Positions 21,241 through 31,548 of a stretch of 64,000 nucleotides of DNA are shown here, piece by piece. How positions within the stretch are numbered: position 1 is the first letter of the stretch; every line of letters starts with the position of its first letter. Location of the stretch: contig OW569355.1 of assembly GCA_937625935.1 (NCBI GenBank), forward strand, positions 523,101 to 587,100. Direction: 5' to 3'. The notes under the pieces are model-generated. The model worked only from the letters and a program-made list of their open reading frames with translations. It was not told the origin of the DNA and ran no database searches. Position numbers and translations under genes: made by a program. This DNA comes from Tetramitus jugosus. Its lineage: Eukaryota > Protista > Heterolobosea.

Positions 21241-21834
21241 TCATCGTTGTACATACTTTTCTAAGGCTTCAAAGTACTGTTGGACCTTGATATTTACGAG
21301 TAGTCCGTTCAAATTGTCCAAAATACTGGCTGTTCTGGCATTATTGTACAGGCATGAGATGGAGGGGAGTTGTTGATCTTGGTGGTTGTTCATCAAATCA
21401 GTACGTAGTACCAGTAGTTCCGAACTACATGTTAAATTACTGAGGCAATGTTGACTTCTGTGTTGAGGCAAGAATTGTTCATAGTGAGAGATCAGGAATT
21501 GGAAGTAGTACTGTACAGTGGACCAATCCCCTGATTGAACAAGTCTAGCGAGCAATTCTACATCTTTGTCCGAGAAATTCTTTTGTTTGTCTGGCAGTTT
21601 TGTCGATTGAGATGAAGGAGCAGCTGTGAATAGTACTTCTTCTTGAGAAGAAGGATATCGGGGCATATTTTCTGAATAGAGAGGTATTTTGATACCGTCC
21701 AAGTGGTTAGTGAATTGACGACTTAGTTGTACTAAAAGAAGCAAAACCAATACATTGAGAAAAAGGTATTTTGATTGGTGGCGGGTCGAGTGGATGATGA
21801 GTGGGTACTTACATTGAGTCGGGTCAGAATTCAC
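21241..21834 (-). CDS. Hypothetical protein or exon (gene model unresolved)
   Basis: 197-aa open frame without a clear ATG start. Confidence 0.3.
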   Translation of the reverse strand: MNSDPTQCKYPLIIHSTRHQSKYLFLNVLVLLLLVQLSRQFTNHLDGIKIPLYSENMPRYPSSQEEVLFTAAPSSQSTKLPDKQKNFSDKDVELLARLVQSGDWSTVQYYFQFLISHYEQFLPQHRSQHCLSNLTCSSELLVLRTDLMNNHQDQQLPSISCLYNNARTASILDNLNGLLVNIKVQQYFEALEKYVQR

Positions 21835-22563
21835 AGTCAGAAATATTTACTTGGTTCTTCTTGATCTTTAAGCATGTAAGCATCACAGGAGTTAGATGTT
21901 GTAAGATTTGACTTGAGGTACAAAAAGACTGGAGCCATTCGTCACTCATATACAACGCGAATACAATCATCCAAAAGGGACCGATAATAGCATGAAAAAA
22001 CAAAATTTTTGGACTGATTTCAGCACTATTTCCAGGAGTTGGGATGTTTTGGCGAGTATTTAGATTTCGGCGATCAAGCCATCAACAGTTTTGTATGCCA
22101 TGAGGGATCTTGCCGGCACCTTGACACCTTCGAACTTTCCTGATCGATCTTCCCATCGCTAGAAAAGTTTTTCTGGTCATTTATTGAGTACTTGGAGGAA
22201 CTTGTAATACACCCTATTACAAGCTACAATTCCTGCATATCACGAGGATCAATCCGTTCGGTGATCCTTCAACTGTTTTGAGCGGCAAGAGAATATCCTA
22301 CAGTTCACTATAAAAACGAACTTGCATCAAATCCCGGAGTAATATGATTTGGCGGTTCGAATAATAAAAATTCGTCCTTGTGGAACTCTCACAAAGAGAC
22401 GCGTTGGGTGCCAGTGGTTGAGGCACCAAAAAAGCCAGAGTAAAATTTCGCTGCTTGTTGGTGAACCAAAAAACCCCTTCTCGAACGCCACAAACGAAAA
22501 AAAAACCAACAACAACAACAACAAAAAACAACAACAACAACAGCAGTAGTACTATAAAAAAAA

Positions 22564-23214
22564 ATGTCGATTCAATTGGGATTGGTTGCCAACATGACCG
22601 ACAGACAACTCGTCGGTCAATATCCAACATCAGGCAGCACAAGACAACTCTCTGACATTATCACACAAAAAATTGTTCCTAAACTCGCCAGTAACAATCA
22701 CAAGAGAACACTGACACAAGGTGAAAACGAATTTCATTACAAGGTCAGCGGCAATTACGTCTATTTTTGTGTTGCGCACAAAAATGCGACCAAGCGTGTC
22801 GTGTGGGCCTTTATCGACGACATGGAAAATTATGTCATGAAAAATGGAGCACGTTCTCTCAAGAATTCCATTAAAGATAAATTGGCCTATTTCAATGATC
22901 CTGGCAATGACAAGATTAATCAGTTGCAAACAAAGATTGATGACGTCAAGGATGTCATGATTGACAACATTGACAAGATTTTGGAGAGAGGTGAAAAGTT
23001 GGAGACACTTGTGGAGAGCACGGATCAATTGGCTGATGGAGCCAAGCAATTCAGACAAGGAACAAGAAAGGTCAAGAATCGCATGTGCTTCAAGTACATT
23101 ATCATTGTTGTGGCATTGATTTTGGTGATTTTGGCTGTGATTGTGATTGCTATTTTGATTGGTTGTGGTTTCCCAACATTCTATCGCTGTAATCCAAACT
23201 ATTACAGAAAGTAA
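22564..23214 (+). CDS. VAMP7: VAMP7-family longin R-SNARE
   Basis: Longin domain, VKDVMIDNIDKILERGEKLE SNARE motif, C-terminal TM. Confidence 0.9.
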   Translation: MSIQLGLVANMTDRQLVGQYPTSGSTRQLSDIITQKIVPKLASNNHKRTLTQGENEFHYKVSGNYVYFCVAHKNATKRVVWAFIDDMENYVMKNGARSLKNSIKDKLAYFNDPGNDKINQLQTKIDDVKDVMIDNIDKILERGEKLETLVESTDQLADGAKQFRQGTRKVKNRMCFKYIIIVVALILVILAVIVIAILIGCGFPTFYRCNPNYYRK

Positions 23215-23614
23215 GATGCAATCATCAATGTCGATGACACTTTTGTTTTTCATGTGTGTGTGGTGTAGGTGCGTGGTGTTTGGATAGGCCTTGAAGACAA
23301 ACACACAACAACATTGCACAACACACATTATGAACGACAAATTTGTCAACCGTGCGCTCAGACACACCTGTACACTCACTATGACTGACTCAACACCACC
23401 ATTGCAAATTCATGATGATGATGATAACTATGATATCTGCATATATCACACAATAGAAGCAGAGAGAATCATCTCTGCCCCTCTTTTCTTTACTACTACT
23501 ACTTCTAATATAACACGTTTATAAATACATACATTTTATCTCTCTGTGACACTTTGTTTCCTCTATATTTTTTGCTCAATGATGATCATTGTAGAACTCA
23601 ATACTGCTGCTACT

Positions 23615-25222
23615 TTAGAAGCATTCCACGAAATAAGCTCCGAGAAGCTTGGGGTTCTTCACGAGGAAGAGTGCAAGATCCTCGACAAAGTTTGCTACAA
23701 GCATCTCACGAATGTTGGGTTGAATCCTCGATGCCAAATTTACCACCTTCTCCGCATACCGCTCTACTTTTTCATGATTGATGATGTTGGATAAGTTTTG
23801 CAGTTGTTGGTGGTTGACTGGATTTCGACGACATGCTTTCAACAGGGAATGAGGGCTGTTGCGTGGAAGAATATTGTCCTCGAACAAGTAGTGATACCTG
23901 GAGTGGACAATCACTTGATTCACAAAATCTCCTGCACTCTTCATTGATCCTAGCTCTGGTATCACCGAAATGTGCTTCTTGAGTAAAACATTGAGGAAAT
24001 GCGTCAGGTAGTATGTTCCAGCATAGAGATTCTGATCAAAAGTCCAATCTGACTCAAATGGCAGTGGTGAAGTGATCATTTGCTGATAATAATCACTGTC
24101 CGGTGCATCGGTCCACACATTGACCGATACTGACAATTCCTCATCAGACTGCACGTGATGGAACCAGAATGGAGGCAAATACAGGAGGTCACCAGGGTTA
24201 AGAGTCACTAGATATGGCCGTTGCATCAATCGATCACTGTACGGATACTTTTCAAACAAATGTTCCCAATTGTCCTCTTCAAAGTTCAATTGAGATTGAC
24301 GATAGGATGGATGATGCCTCGAATACAAGTACATGTAGTACCATTGATCCGGTGGATACAACAAGAACGTCTTTTGTCCAATCACTTGCACAAACGCATT
24401 GTGAAACGCATCAAAATGTGCTTGAGCCGTAGATTTCTTCCCGCCAATCCATAAATTGACCGCCTGACCTGTTTCACCGACATGAAGCAACTCGACTGGT
24501 TGTATATCACGCAGGAGAATGTCATTGGAGGACAATGGCTGCGAAAAGTAGTAGAACTTGTCATTCCGTTGATGATCCAACAATCTCAAGAAGGATTTCA
24601 TTGTCATCCCACTCTGTTGAGCAGCAGAAGTCGCAGCACCAGGTGAGGATGATGACGAGCTAGAATAGAGCATATCGTCATAATGCTTCTGGGTGCCATC
24701 GCTCACTGTTCGAGGAACGAACAAAGACATGGCTCTATCTTCATTATAGTACATGAACAGTGGATGATTGTGATAGTGGTAGTGCTTAATGGGAACGTGA
24801 CCATACTTTGTTTCCAATAGCTGTTTGGTCCATCGTTTGGTCACATCTGGCTGAAGTGCATTCCATGGTATGGGATGATGTGCTTGTTGTTGTTGTTGCA
24901 GATTACCACGTGAAGAACGATAAGCATTGTTGCTGTTGTAGTTTTCAATTTTTGAGAATCGGTAGACAACAGGTTTCTGATCTCGAATGTAGGACCGCAA
25001 ATCTGTTCGAATATCGGTAAAAGATGGATGCTGTGGCTGTTGTGGAAATATTTCGTCAATGGGTTGATGGAGAATGTGAGTGTGACGAAAGTGTTGAACA
25101 AAGATGGAGACTCCAATCAACAGTGGGACAAGGAACAAGAGTGCATGATCTTTTATGGATTGGACGACAAGCATTGATTGTTTTTTCTTCGAATTTTGTT
25201 TTGCTTTGCTGCCAACTTTCAT
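23615..25222 (-). CDS. JmjC/cupin-like 2-oxoglutarate oxygenase with N-terminal TM
   Basis: LWIG..AQAHFD..QVIGQK..PGDLLYLPPFWFHHV. Confidence 0.88.
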   Translation of the reverse strand: MKVGSKAKQNSKKKQSMLVVQSIKDHALLFLVPLLIGVSIFVQHFRHTHILHQPIDEIFPQQPQHPSFTDIRTDLRSYIRDQKPVVYRFSKIENYNSNNAYRSSRGNLQQQQQAHHPIPWNALQPDVTKRWTKQLLETKYGHVPIKHYHYHNHPLFMYYNEDRAMSLFVPRTVSDGTQKHYDDMLYSSSSSSSPGAATSAAQQSGMTMKSFLRLLDHQRNDKFYYFSQPLSSNDILLRDIQPVELLHVGETGQAVNLWIGGKKSTAQAHFDAFHNAFVQVIGQKTFLLYPPDQWYYMYLYSRHHPSYRQSQLNFEEDNWEHLFEKYPYSDRLMQRPYLVTLNPGDLLYLPPFWFHHVQSDEELSVSVNVWTDAPDSDYYQQMITSPLPFESDWTFDQNLYAGTYYLTHFLNVLLKKHISVIPELGSMKSAGDFVNQVIVHSRYHYLFEDNILPRNSPHSLLKACRRNPVNHQQLQNLSNIINHEKVERYAEKVVNLASRIQPNIREMLVANFVEDLALFLVKNPKLLGAYFVECF

Positions 25223-25337
25223 TCACAGCAATTTTTCACTTTTCTCGTCTCTCCTCACAGTGTCGACGCTTTTCTTCATCACACACCAACTCTTGATATT
25301 TTGAATCTGTTGTTGCGGTGTATCCATGGACTGATCC

Positions 25338-25640
25338 TTAGTTGGTGGTAGGGCTAAAGAATTGCAAAGTTTTCGTTGCCAGTATGCTATTGTCAAGGAA
25401 TCCCTTGACTGATCCTCTGAGATTCCGTGCATTGTCAGCGACAAATCTCACACGAATGATTGAGCCATCTCGTGAGATGGTTCGTTGTACGGTGCCCTGA
25501 GACAAATCTTCATCGACAATCACAGTGTTGTAAACGATGCTTGACGTTTTCTCATTTTCAAAATCAAGTTCAAGGTCACTGTTGGTGGTGGTTCGTGCAC
25601 GTTTTTGGTGAGTGAATAGAGTTTGAGAGGAAATCTCCAT
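25338..25640 (-). CDS. PCC1: KEOPS complex subunit Pcc1/LAGE3
   Basis: IVYNTVIVDEDL..VQRTIS..VRFVADNARNLRGSVKGFLD pattern. Confidence 0.8.
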   Translation of the reverse strand: MEISSQTLFTHQKRARTTTNSDLELDFENEKTSSIVYNTVIVDEDLSQGTVQRTISRDGSIIRVRFVADNARNLRGSVKGFLDNSILATKTLQFFSPTTN

Positions 25641-25725
25641 GGTAATGGTTTTGGTACATACTACGTGATTTGGTCTGACATTTTTTTTGTTTGTTTTGTC
25701 TTTGCTGTTTGTTGATTTCAGATGT

Positions 25726-28074
25726 TCATTTGAGGGCACTTCTGTGGTTACTTCGAATGCTGGGGAGCTTGACTTTTTGATCTTTAGGTTTCACAAGTGT
25801 CGTACTGTTCGAGCTACCATATTTGAGAAGTAATTCTGTTGAACTGGAAGAGGATATGGACTCGAGTTCCAGTCTTTCCTGGTCGAGCGCGTCTCTGGTC
25901 TTTGTAATACTGGGGTTAACGATATCCAAGTGAGCTTTCCGATAGAAACGATTGAGTCTGTCCATGGCATCTTCATTTCTTTTCTTGTGGTTCTTTGGTT
26001 TTCTTCTCTTACTCTTTAGGAATGCTTTCATTAGACTGGCATTCTCGAATCCCCACTCCTCGGCAATTGTATTCCGCGACTTGTTCTGCTGTTTGGAAAC
26101 TTCTTGAGATTTGTCCTGAGTTTCCTGATGTACCTCTCCTATCTTTGATTCGGAGTTCTCTACTGCTAATTCTTCTCGATTGTGTTCAGTTGTTTGATAA
26201 TTGGAGTGGTTGGGCTCTGAAGCTTCTTTCAGGTCCACCCAATTTTGTCTGATAATTGGAGATTTTCTTTCAGATAGAGGTAGGATTGACGAAGATTGAT
26301 GGTCTGAATTAAGGTAGTAAATCCGAGTCGTTCGGATGCTTGGGATTGTCCCAACCAGATCAAAGTTGTTCGTGTCGTCCAGAAATCGAATATCGTCATC
26401 AAAATTCTCATCGTGATCTCCCAGCTCGAACAAGTACTCCTTCTCTAGTTGTTGGGCCTTCTTGATTAGTTGACGAACATAGTATCCCTTCCAAAGAGCT
26501 TGAATCCGACATGCAGCATCGATTCTTTTTCTCAATAAGGGGAGTAGCCACGGATAAATGTGCTTCCGTGTCACGTATCCTCTCCATAGTCGTTGGATAG
26601 AGATAGCAGCAGCTTTACTTCGAGAAGTTCGGTTTTCTTTGCATCTTCTAAAGAACTTCACAATAGTCATCACTGCTCTGGTAGACAGTTGTTCTTCTCT
26701 CTTGATGACTACATTCAGATTTTGATCTTGCGATGATGAATACTCGATCGATTGTATTAGGTTCTGTTCCACACTTTGTTCTTCCTTCTCTGACTCGATC
26801 ATTCGTTCGCCCTCCACATCTGACGAAGAGCTGAAAGTATCATGCTGTTCTGTATCTTGATCGTAGGAGGGTTCGTGATGAACAATCAGATTTGTGGCTT
26901 CTGAGCTGGAACGTGTCTCTTCTGTTTCCTCATACTCTTCCCTGTTCTCTCTTTCCTCTGATCCATTGTTACAACTCTCCTGTTCTTCTTTGCTACTGAA
27001 GTAATCTTGAATTTTGTCGGTATCGAACTCGTCATCGACGTTGTTTTCATCCTTGACATCCAGGACGAAGTATTCCCTTATCACTTCCTTATCTGCTTCT
27101 TTTTTTTGTTGTATCGCTTCTCTGAGCTCTCTCTCCTCTTCTTCCAATTGCTTCCGTCGAGCTTCCTTTTCTATTCTCTTCTGCTCGAGTTCTTCAGTCT
27201 CCTTTCTCTCACTTTCAAGTCTTCTATGTTCCTCTTGTACTTTCATAATCTTTTCCGCCTCTCGTCGTTTTCTCTCATCCAAAATTCTCTTACGCTCTAG
27301 CTCTAATTTTTCTCTTCGCAATTCTTGCTGTTTCCTCTCTTGTTCGAGCAGTTGTTTCTCCTTCTCCAAGCGATAATGTTCGATCAACTTCTCCCTCTCC
27401 CTTCTCTCTGCCTCTAACCTATTCTGTTCTCTTTCGAATAGTTCTTGTTTTTCTTTCATTCTTCTCCTTTTCTCCTCGATACGCGCTTCGATCATCTGTT
27501 TCTTCCTTTGCATGTCCTCCCTTCTCTCCTTGACTTCAGCCGGGACTTTCTCATTCTTAGTTTGTGATAAAATCTCGATCAAAGGAACTGTATCAACGTT
27601 ATCATTGACAGTATCAACAATGGCATCCTTCAAAATCTCAGAGTCGAACATCTCTGATGATTCATCCATCTTTTGACAGCTCAGGGTCGTTGTTTCGAGA
27701 CTATCATCCATATCCTTAACATTCCATTCACTGGTGCTGCTAGAAATACCTCTGACTTCTTCTTGGAGTTTGTTCCAATTTGTTAGAATAAAATCTGTTG
27801 TCGAGGATAGATTTCTTTTCACTTCCTCCAATAGATCTCTCCGTTGCACTTCACTATTCGGGAAATTTGAATCCACCTGTTGCATATCGCACTCGGATTC
27901 TTCGTCACTACTGTCCCAATCATCGTAAGTTATCCCTTGTTTCTCTAGAGCTGAAAATCGCCTGTTTAACTCTTCTTCGAACTCTTCGTCATATTCTTCC
28001 TCATCGAACTCATCATCAGACACATTTTCTTCCTCTTCTTCTTCATTGTCAAGCTCTCCCTCATCAATATTCAT
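25726..28074 (-). CDS. IQ-motif coiled-coil protein (C-terminus LRRIQ1-like)
   Basis: IQRLWRGYVTRK and IQALWKGYYVRQ IQ motifs, EEWGF motif, E/K/R-rich coil. Confidence 0.7.
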   Translation of the reverse strand: MNIDEGELDNEEEEEENVSDDEFDEEEYDEEFEEELNRRFSALEKQGITYDDWDSSDEESECDMQQVDSNFPNSEVQRRDLLEEVKRNLSSTTDFILTNWNKLQEEVRGISSSTSEWNVKDMDDSLETTTLSCQKMDESSEMFDSEILKDAIVDTVNDNVDTVPLIEILSQTKNEKVPAEVKERREDMQRKKQMIEARIEEKRRRMKEKQELFEREQNRLEAERREREKLIEHYRLEKEKQLLEQERKQQELRREKLELERKRILDERKRREAEKIMKVQEEHRRLESERKETEELEQKRIEKEARRKQLEEEERELREAIQQKKEADKEVIREYFVLDVKDENNVDDEFDTDKIQDYFSSKEEQESCNNGSEERENREEYEETEETRSSSEATNLIVHHEPSYDQDTEQHDTFSSSSDVEGERMIESEKEEQSVEQNLIQSIEYSSSQDQNLNVVIKREEQLSTRAVMTIVKFFRRCKENRTSRSKAAAISIQRLWRGYVTRKHIYPWLLPLLRKRIDAACRIQALWKGYYVRQLIKKAQQLEKEYLFELGDHDENFDDDIRFLDDTNNFDLVGTIPSIRTTRIYYLNSDHQSSSILPLSERKSPIIRQNWVDLKEASEPNHSNYQTTEHNREELAVENSESKIGEVHQETQDKSQEVSKQQNKSRNTIAEEWGFENASLMKAFLKSKRRKPKNHKKRNEDAMDRLNRFYRKAHLDIVNPSITKTRDALDQERLELESISSSSSTELLLKYGSSNSTTLVKPKDQKVKLPSIRSNHRSALK

Positions 28075-28482
28075 TGTCCACAAAGTCTTTGATTATTGAT
28101 CAAAAGCATTGCGAGCTTTCTTGAGCGGAGGATAGTGTTATTGACTCCTAATTTGGCGCCTGATCGAATTGTACAGAGACGTGGCGCGAAAGGATCGGTG
28201 AATTTGTTAACCCCGATGTCGGTTCAATATCTACGAATCCGTTTGTCCTGACGTCATGTCCTCCAATGGCCCACTTGACCTTCAACTTACTCCACTGTTT
28301 ACAAAGGATTACTCCGATAGAGTGAATATCTACAGTTGTGCAGCCTTTTGCCAGTTAAGAAGAGAATAGCAGAGTAGGGAGGGTGCAAACCGTTAAGCGA
28401 GTCTTTCCTACCGTAGTTTCATTTCAATTCAAAACCAACAAAGACAACAACCCAAAACCCAAATCAAAGTAACAACGTAACA

Positions 28483-28976
28483 ATGGTATGTCAATGATGA
28501 GTCCGTCTGTGGAGTAAAGAAAGATACTAACTCTTCCTCAACACACTCAGGCAACAGGAGTAAAAGTGAATGATGAATGTATGAGAGATTACAACGACTT
28601 GAAGACCAAGAAGGCCTACAAGTACTTGATTTTCACCATGTCCGACGACATGAAGGAAATTATTGTCCAAGAGAAGGGAGCACGAGAACTCTCCTATGCT
28701 GACTTGTACAACAAGTTGCAAAACGAAATGGTAAAGGACCCAAAGTACGTTGTTGTTGACCACAGCTACGAAGTCGATGGATTGAGAGAAAAGATTGTTT
28801 TCATTAACTGGATTCCTGAAGGTTCCCCTGTTAAGAAGAAGATGATCTTCGCATCTAGCAAGGCTGCTTTGAAGCAAAGATTGCAAGGAATTCACTTTGA
28901 AATTCAAGGAACTGACTTGAGTGAAGTCGTGGAAGAAAAGTTGACTGAGAAGGCTTTGAGCTTGAACAGAAACTAA
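28483..28976 (+). CDS. ADF/cofilin; ATG-only first exon, intron 28486-28550
   Basis: MATGVKVNDEC.., KIVFINWIPEGSPVKKKMIFASSK; GTATGT..CTAAC..CAG intron. Confidence 0.93.
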
Positions 28977-29084
28977 ACTTGTAAAATTGTCAAAAAGTGT
29001 AATTGTAGATCCACACCCGTTCAACCCGTTTTTTCTCCGTCAATCGATAACAAGAACGTTCCTTCAAGAAAGAGATCACACAAA

Positions 29085-30185
29085 ATGGCAAACACTCAAT
29101 CCTTCCGCAGCACAACCGTCATTGATGTTGGATCCATCAACACACGGATCGGCAATGTCATCCACCAGGAGGAGTCACAACTGCTGTCGAATTTTGAGAG
29201 TGCGATCAAGATTGTTCCTTCTTCTGTTTCCATTGTGAACAAGTATGGAAAGTCAAGATCTGCTTGTCCCATGGAACAAGGTGTGATCACTGATTGGGTT
29301 GCTTGGGAGAAATTGTTATCGGGTCATGAGAGTAATGATAATAGTGGTGCTGCTGCACTGGATTCGCTGTTTCTGACAGAGTCTCCATTCAACACGAATC
29401 AAATGAGAGAGAAGATGGGAGAGATTTGTTTCGAGTCGTTTCATACAAGGCGACTCGCAATCGAAAACACTGCCGTTACTAGCTTACGATCCACTGTTTC
29501 ATCAGATGAAGCAGAATATTCTCTGACTGGTGTTGTGATAGATTCTGGGTACGGTGATACGACTATTGTGCCAGTGTACGATGGCATGACAATGATTAAG
29601 AGTGCGTTTAAGATTGAATTGGCAGGAATGTTGATTGATCAGCTGGTGCAGCAGCATTTGAATTGTGATGCGACTGGTGCCGATGAATGGAAGAAACAAA
29701 ATTGTCGCGTAGCATTAGATTTTGAAAGTGTGTTGCCTGATACGCGTGATATCTATCGGTTCTGCGAAGTCATGTTCAATCCAGAGATATCGGATCAAAA
29801 GAAACAATATGCAAAATTTTTTGGTGACTTGTACAATGTGGAGATGGACAAGTTTAATGGATTGGGTGTCGAAGTTTGGAGAAGCATTGTTCAGTCGGAC
29901 AGTTCGATCCGTGAGGAACTCTATGAGAATATTCTCCTGTGTGGTGGGAATACTCTGTTCCCTGGATTGGAGAACAGACTGGAGAAAGAAGTGAAACAAT
30001 TGGCACCAGATTATGTTCAAGTCGTAGTGAACAAGGCAGGTGATCATCCATTCGAGAGACAGCACGCTGCATGCATTGGTGCTTGCAAGATGGCACAAGA
30101 CGCTTCCTTTTCTTCTTGGATCACACCCGAGCAGTATCAAGAACAAGGTCCATCCATCCTCCACAGACAAGAATCAGACCTATAA
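29085..30185 (+). CDS. Divergent actin-related protein
   Basis: VIDVGS, PMEQGVITDW, LTESP, TGVVIDSGYG, NILLCGGNTLFPG. Confidence 0.88.
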   Translation: MANTQSFRSTTVIDVGSINTRIGNVIHQEESQLLSNFESAIKIVPSSVSIVNKYGKSRSACPMEQGVITDWVAWEKLLSGHESNDNSGAAALDSLFLTESPFNTNQMREKMGEICFESFHTRRLAIENTAVTSLRSTVSSDEAEYSLTGVVIDSGYGDTTIVPVYDGMTMIKSAFKIELAGMLIDQLVQQHLNCDATGADEWKKQNCRVALDFESVLPDTRDIYRFCEVMFNPEISDQKKQYAKFFGDLYNVEMDKFNGLGVEVWRSIVQSDSSIREELYENILLCGGNTLFPGLENRLEKEVKQLAPDYVQVVVNKAGDHPFERQHAACIGACKMAQDASFSSWITPEQYQEQGPSILHRQESDL

Positions 30186-30307
30186 ACGTAATTTATACTT
30201 CACCTCTGTGAACCATTTCCAATACAACACTTTTGTCGCCAAAACAAACACCGGAAAATTGATCATCATTTCCCCTCCAAACAAAAAACAAAAAAAACGC
30301 GTTGTTC

Positions 30308-30604
30308 ATGAACAAAACAACAACAGCAGCAGCGAAACCAGCACTATCACTGGCCTATTTCATTGTTCGTTCACAATCATTATTCTTCTACCGTGATATT
30401 TTAAAAACATTGCGTCAAGTCGATCCCATCATTGCCAAAGAAATTCGCAGAGAAGTCAAACAAAAATTTGAGAGCAGTCGGGGAATTATAGAAGCAAGCA
30501 CTTGTAGAAGATTACTGGCAGAAGGAAGAGTAGAGTTTAAACAGTTGACCAATATTATGTCATTGTCTGCTCATTCAAGTCAACAACAACAAGACGAAGA
30601 ATAA
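30308..30604 (+). CDS. LYR-motif protein (LYRM2-like, mitochondrial)
   Basis: LAYFIVRSQSLFFYRDILK..VKQKFE..LLAEG. Confidence 0.75.
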   Translation: MNKTTTAAAKPALSLAYFIVRSQSLFFYRDILKTLRQVDPIIAKEIRREVKQKFESSRGIIEASTCRRLLAEGRVEFKQLTNIMSLSAHSSQQQQDEE

Positions 30605-30700
30605 CAATTATTATTAAGTGAAATTGTATCAAATTTTCCATCAAAAAAATCAACAACAACAACACCAATAACAACAACAACATATCACACACAAAAAAAC

Positions 30701-31501
30701 ATGACATCAACATTATCTAAACAATTCATATCATTGCCTCAATTCCTCCAACGAATTCATTACGTTATGCCATCTTCAAACCAATCAACAACATTCCATC
30801 ATCAACATCAACATCAACATCATTTGAAGTCATCATTATTAAACAATTCAATGAATGTGAGTCGATTGATTGGATTGGACGTGGGACAAAAGTTTGTTGG
30901 TATTGCTCTATCGGATGATGAGAATAGAGTGGCAATCGCAAGTGATTTTGGTCTCAAGAGATTCAAGAATGATCATAACATGCATGAAATGAGTCAAGCA
31001 CTGGATGAAATATGTGAACAGAATAATGTCATGGCATTGGTCGTTGGTGTACCATCTGCTTTCACTTCACACGTGCTTGATATTTGTCATTTTGTTCAGC
31101 ATTTGACCAATTATCATCATCATCAGCAGCAGCATGCAGTACCATCATCGCAATTAACACAAGAAAAGACAAGGAATCATTATTATCAATTGAAGCGATT
31201 ACCACATTTGCCAATTCTGTTACAGGATGAAACATATACGACGTATGAGGCCTATGGCGACGTGCATCAGGGAAAGCGTCACTTATCAGCCGACACCAAA
31301 TCAGATATTCTCTCGACCATGTCAGCTGAAGAGAAACGGCACTTGGATCAAGCTGCTGCGGCGCGTATCCTACAGAGAACACTGGACGATATACATGAAC
31401 ACATTCGAATTTATCACCAACAGAAACAACAACGAGAGCAAGAACAGCAGAGACGACATGGACAAGACAAGCAACAACGGAGGAATAAGAGTACGAACTG
31501 A
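30701..31501 (+). CDS. YqgF/RuvX-family RNase H-fold nuclease (pre-rRNA processing), probably organellar
   Basis: LIGLDVGQKFVGIALSD, LVVGVP, DETYTT, DQAAAARILQ. Confidence 0.88.
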   Translation: MTSTLSKQFISLPQFLQRIHYVMPSSNQSTTFHHQHQHQHHLKSSLLNNSMNVSRLIGLDVGQKFVGIALSDDENRVAIASDFGLKRFKNDHNMHEMSQALDEICEQNNVMALVVGVPSAFTSHVLDICHFVQHLTNYHHHQQQHAVPSSQLTQEKTRNHYYQLKRLPHLPILLQDETYTTYEAYGDVHQGKRHLSADTKSDILSTMSAEEKRHLDQAAAARILQRTLDDIHEHIRIYHQQKQQREQEQQRRHGQDKQQRRNKSTN

Positions 31502-31548
31502 ATACATGGCAGCAATTGTTTGGAGTTTTAACGAAACTTTTATTCTTT

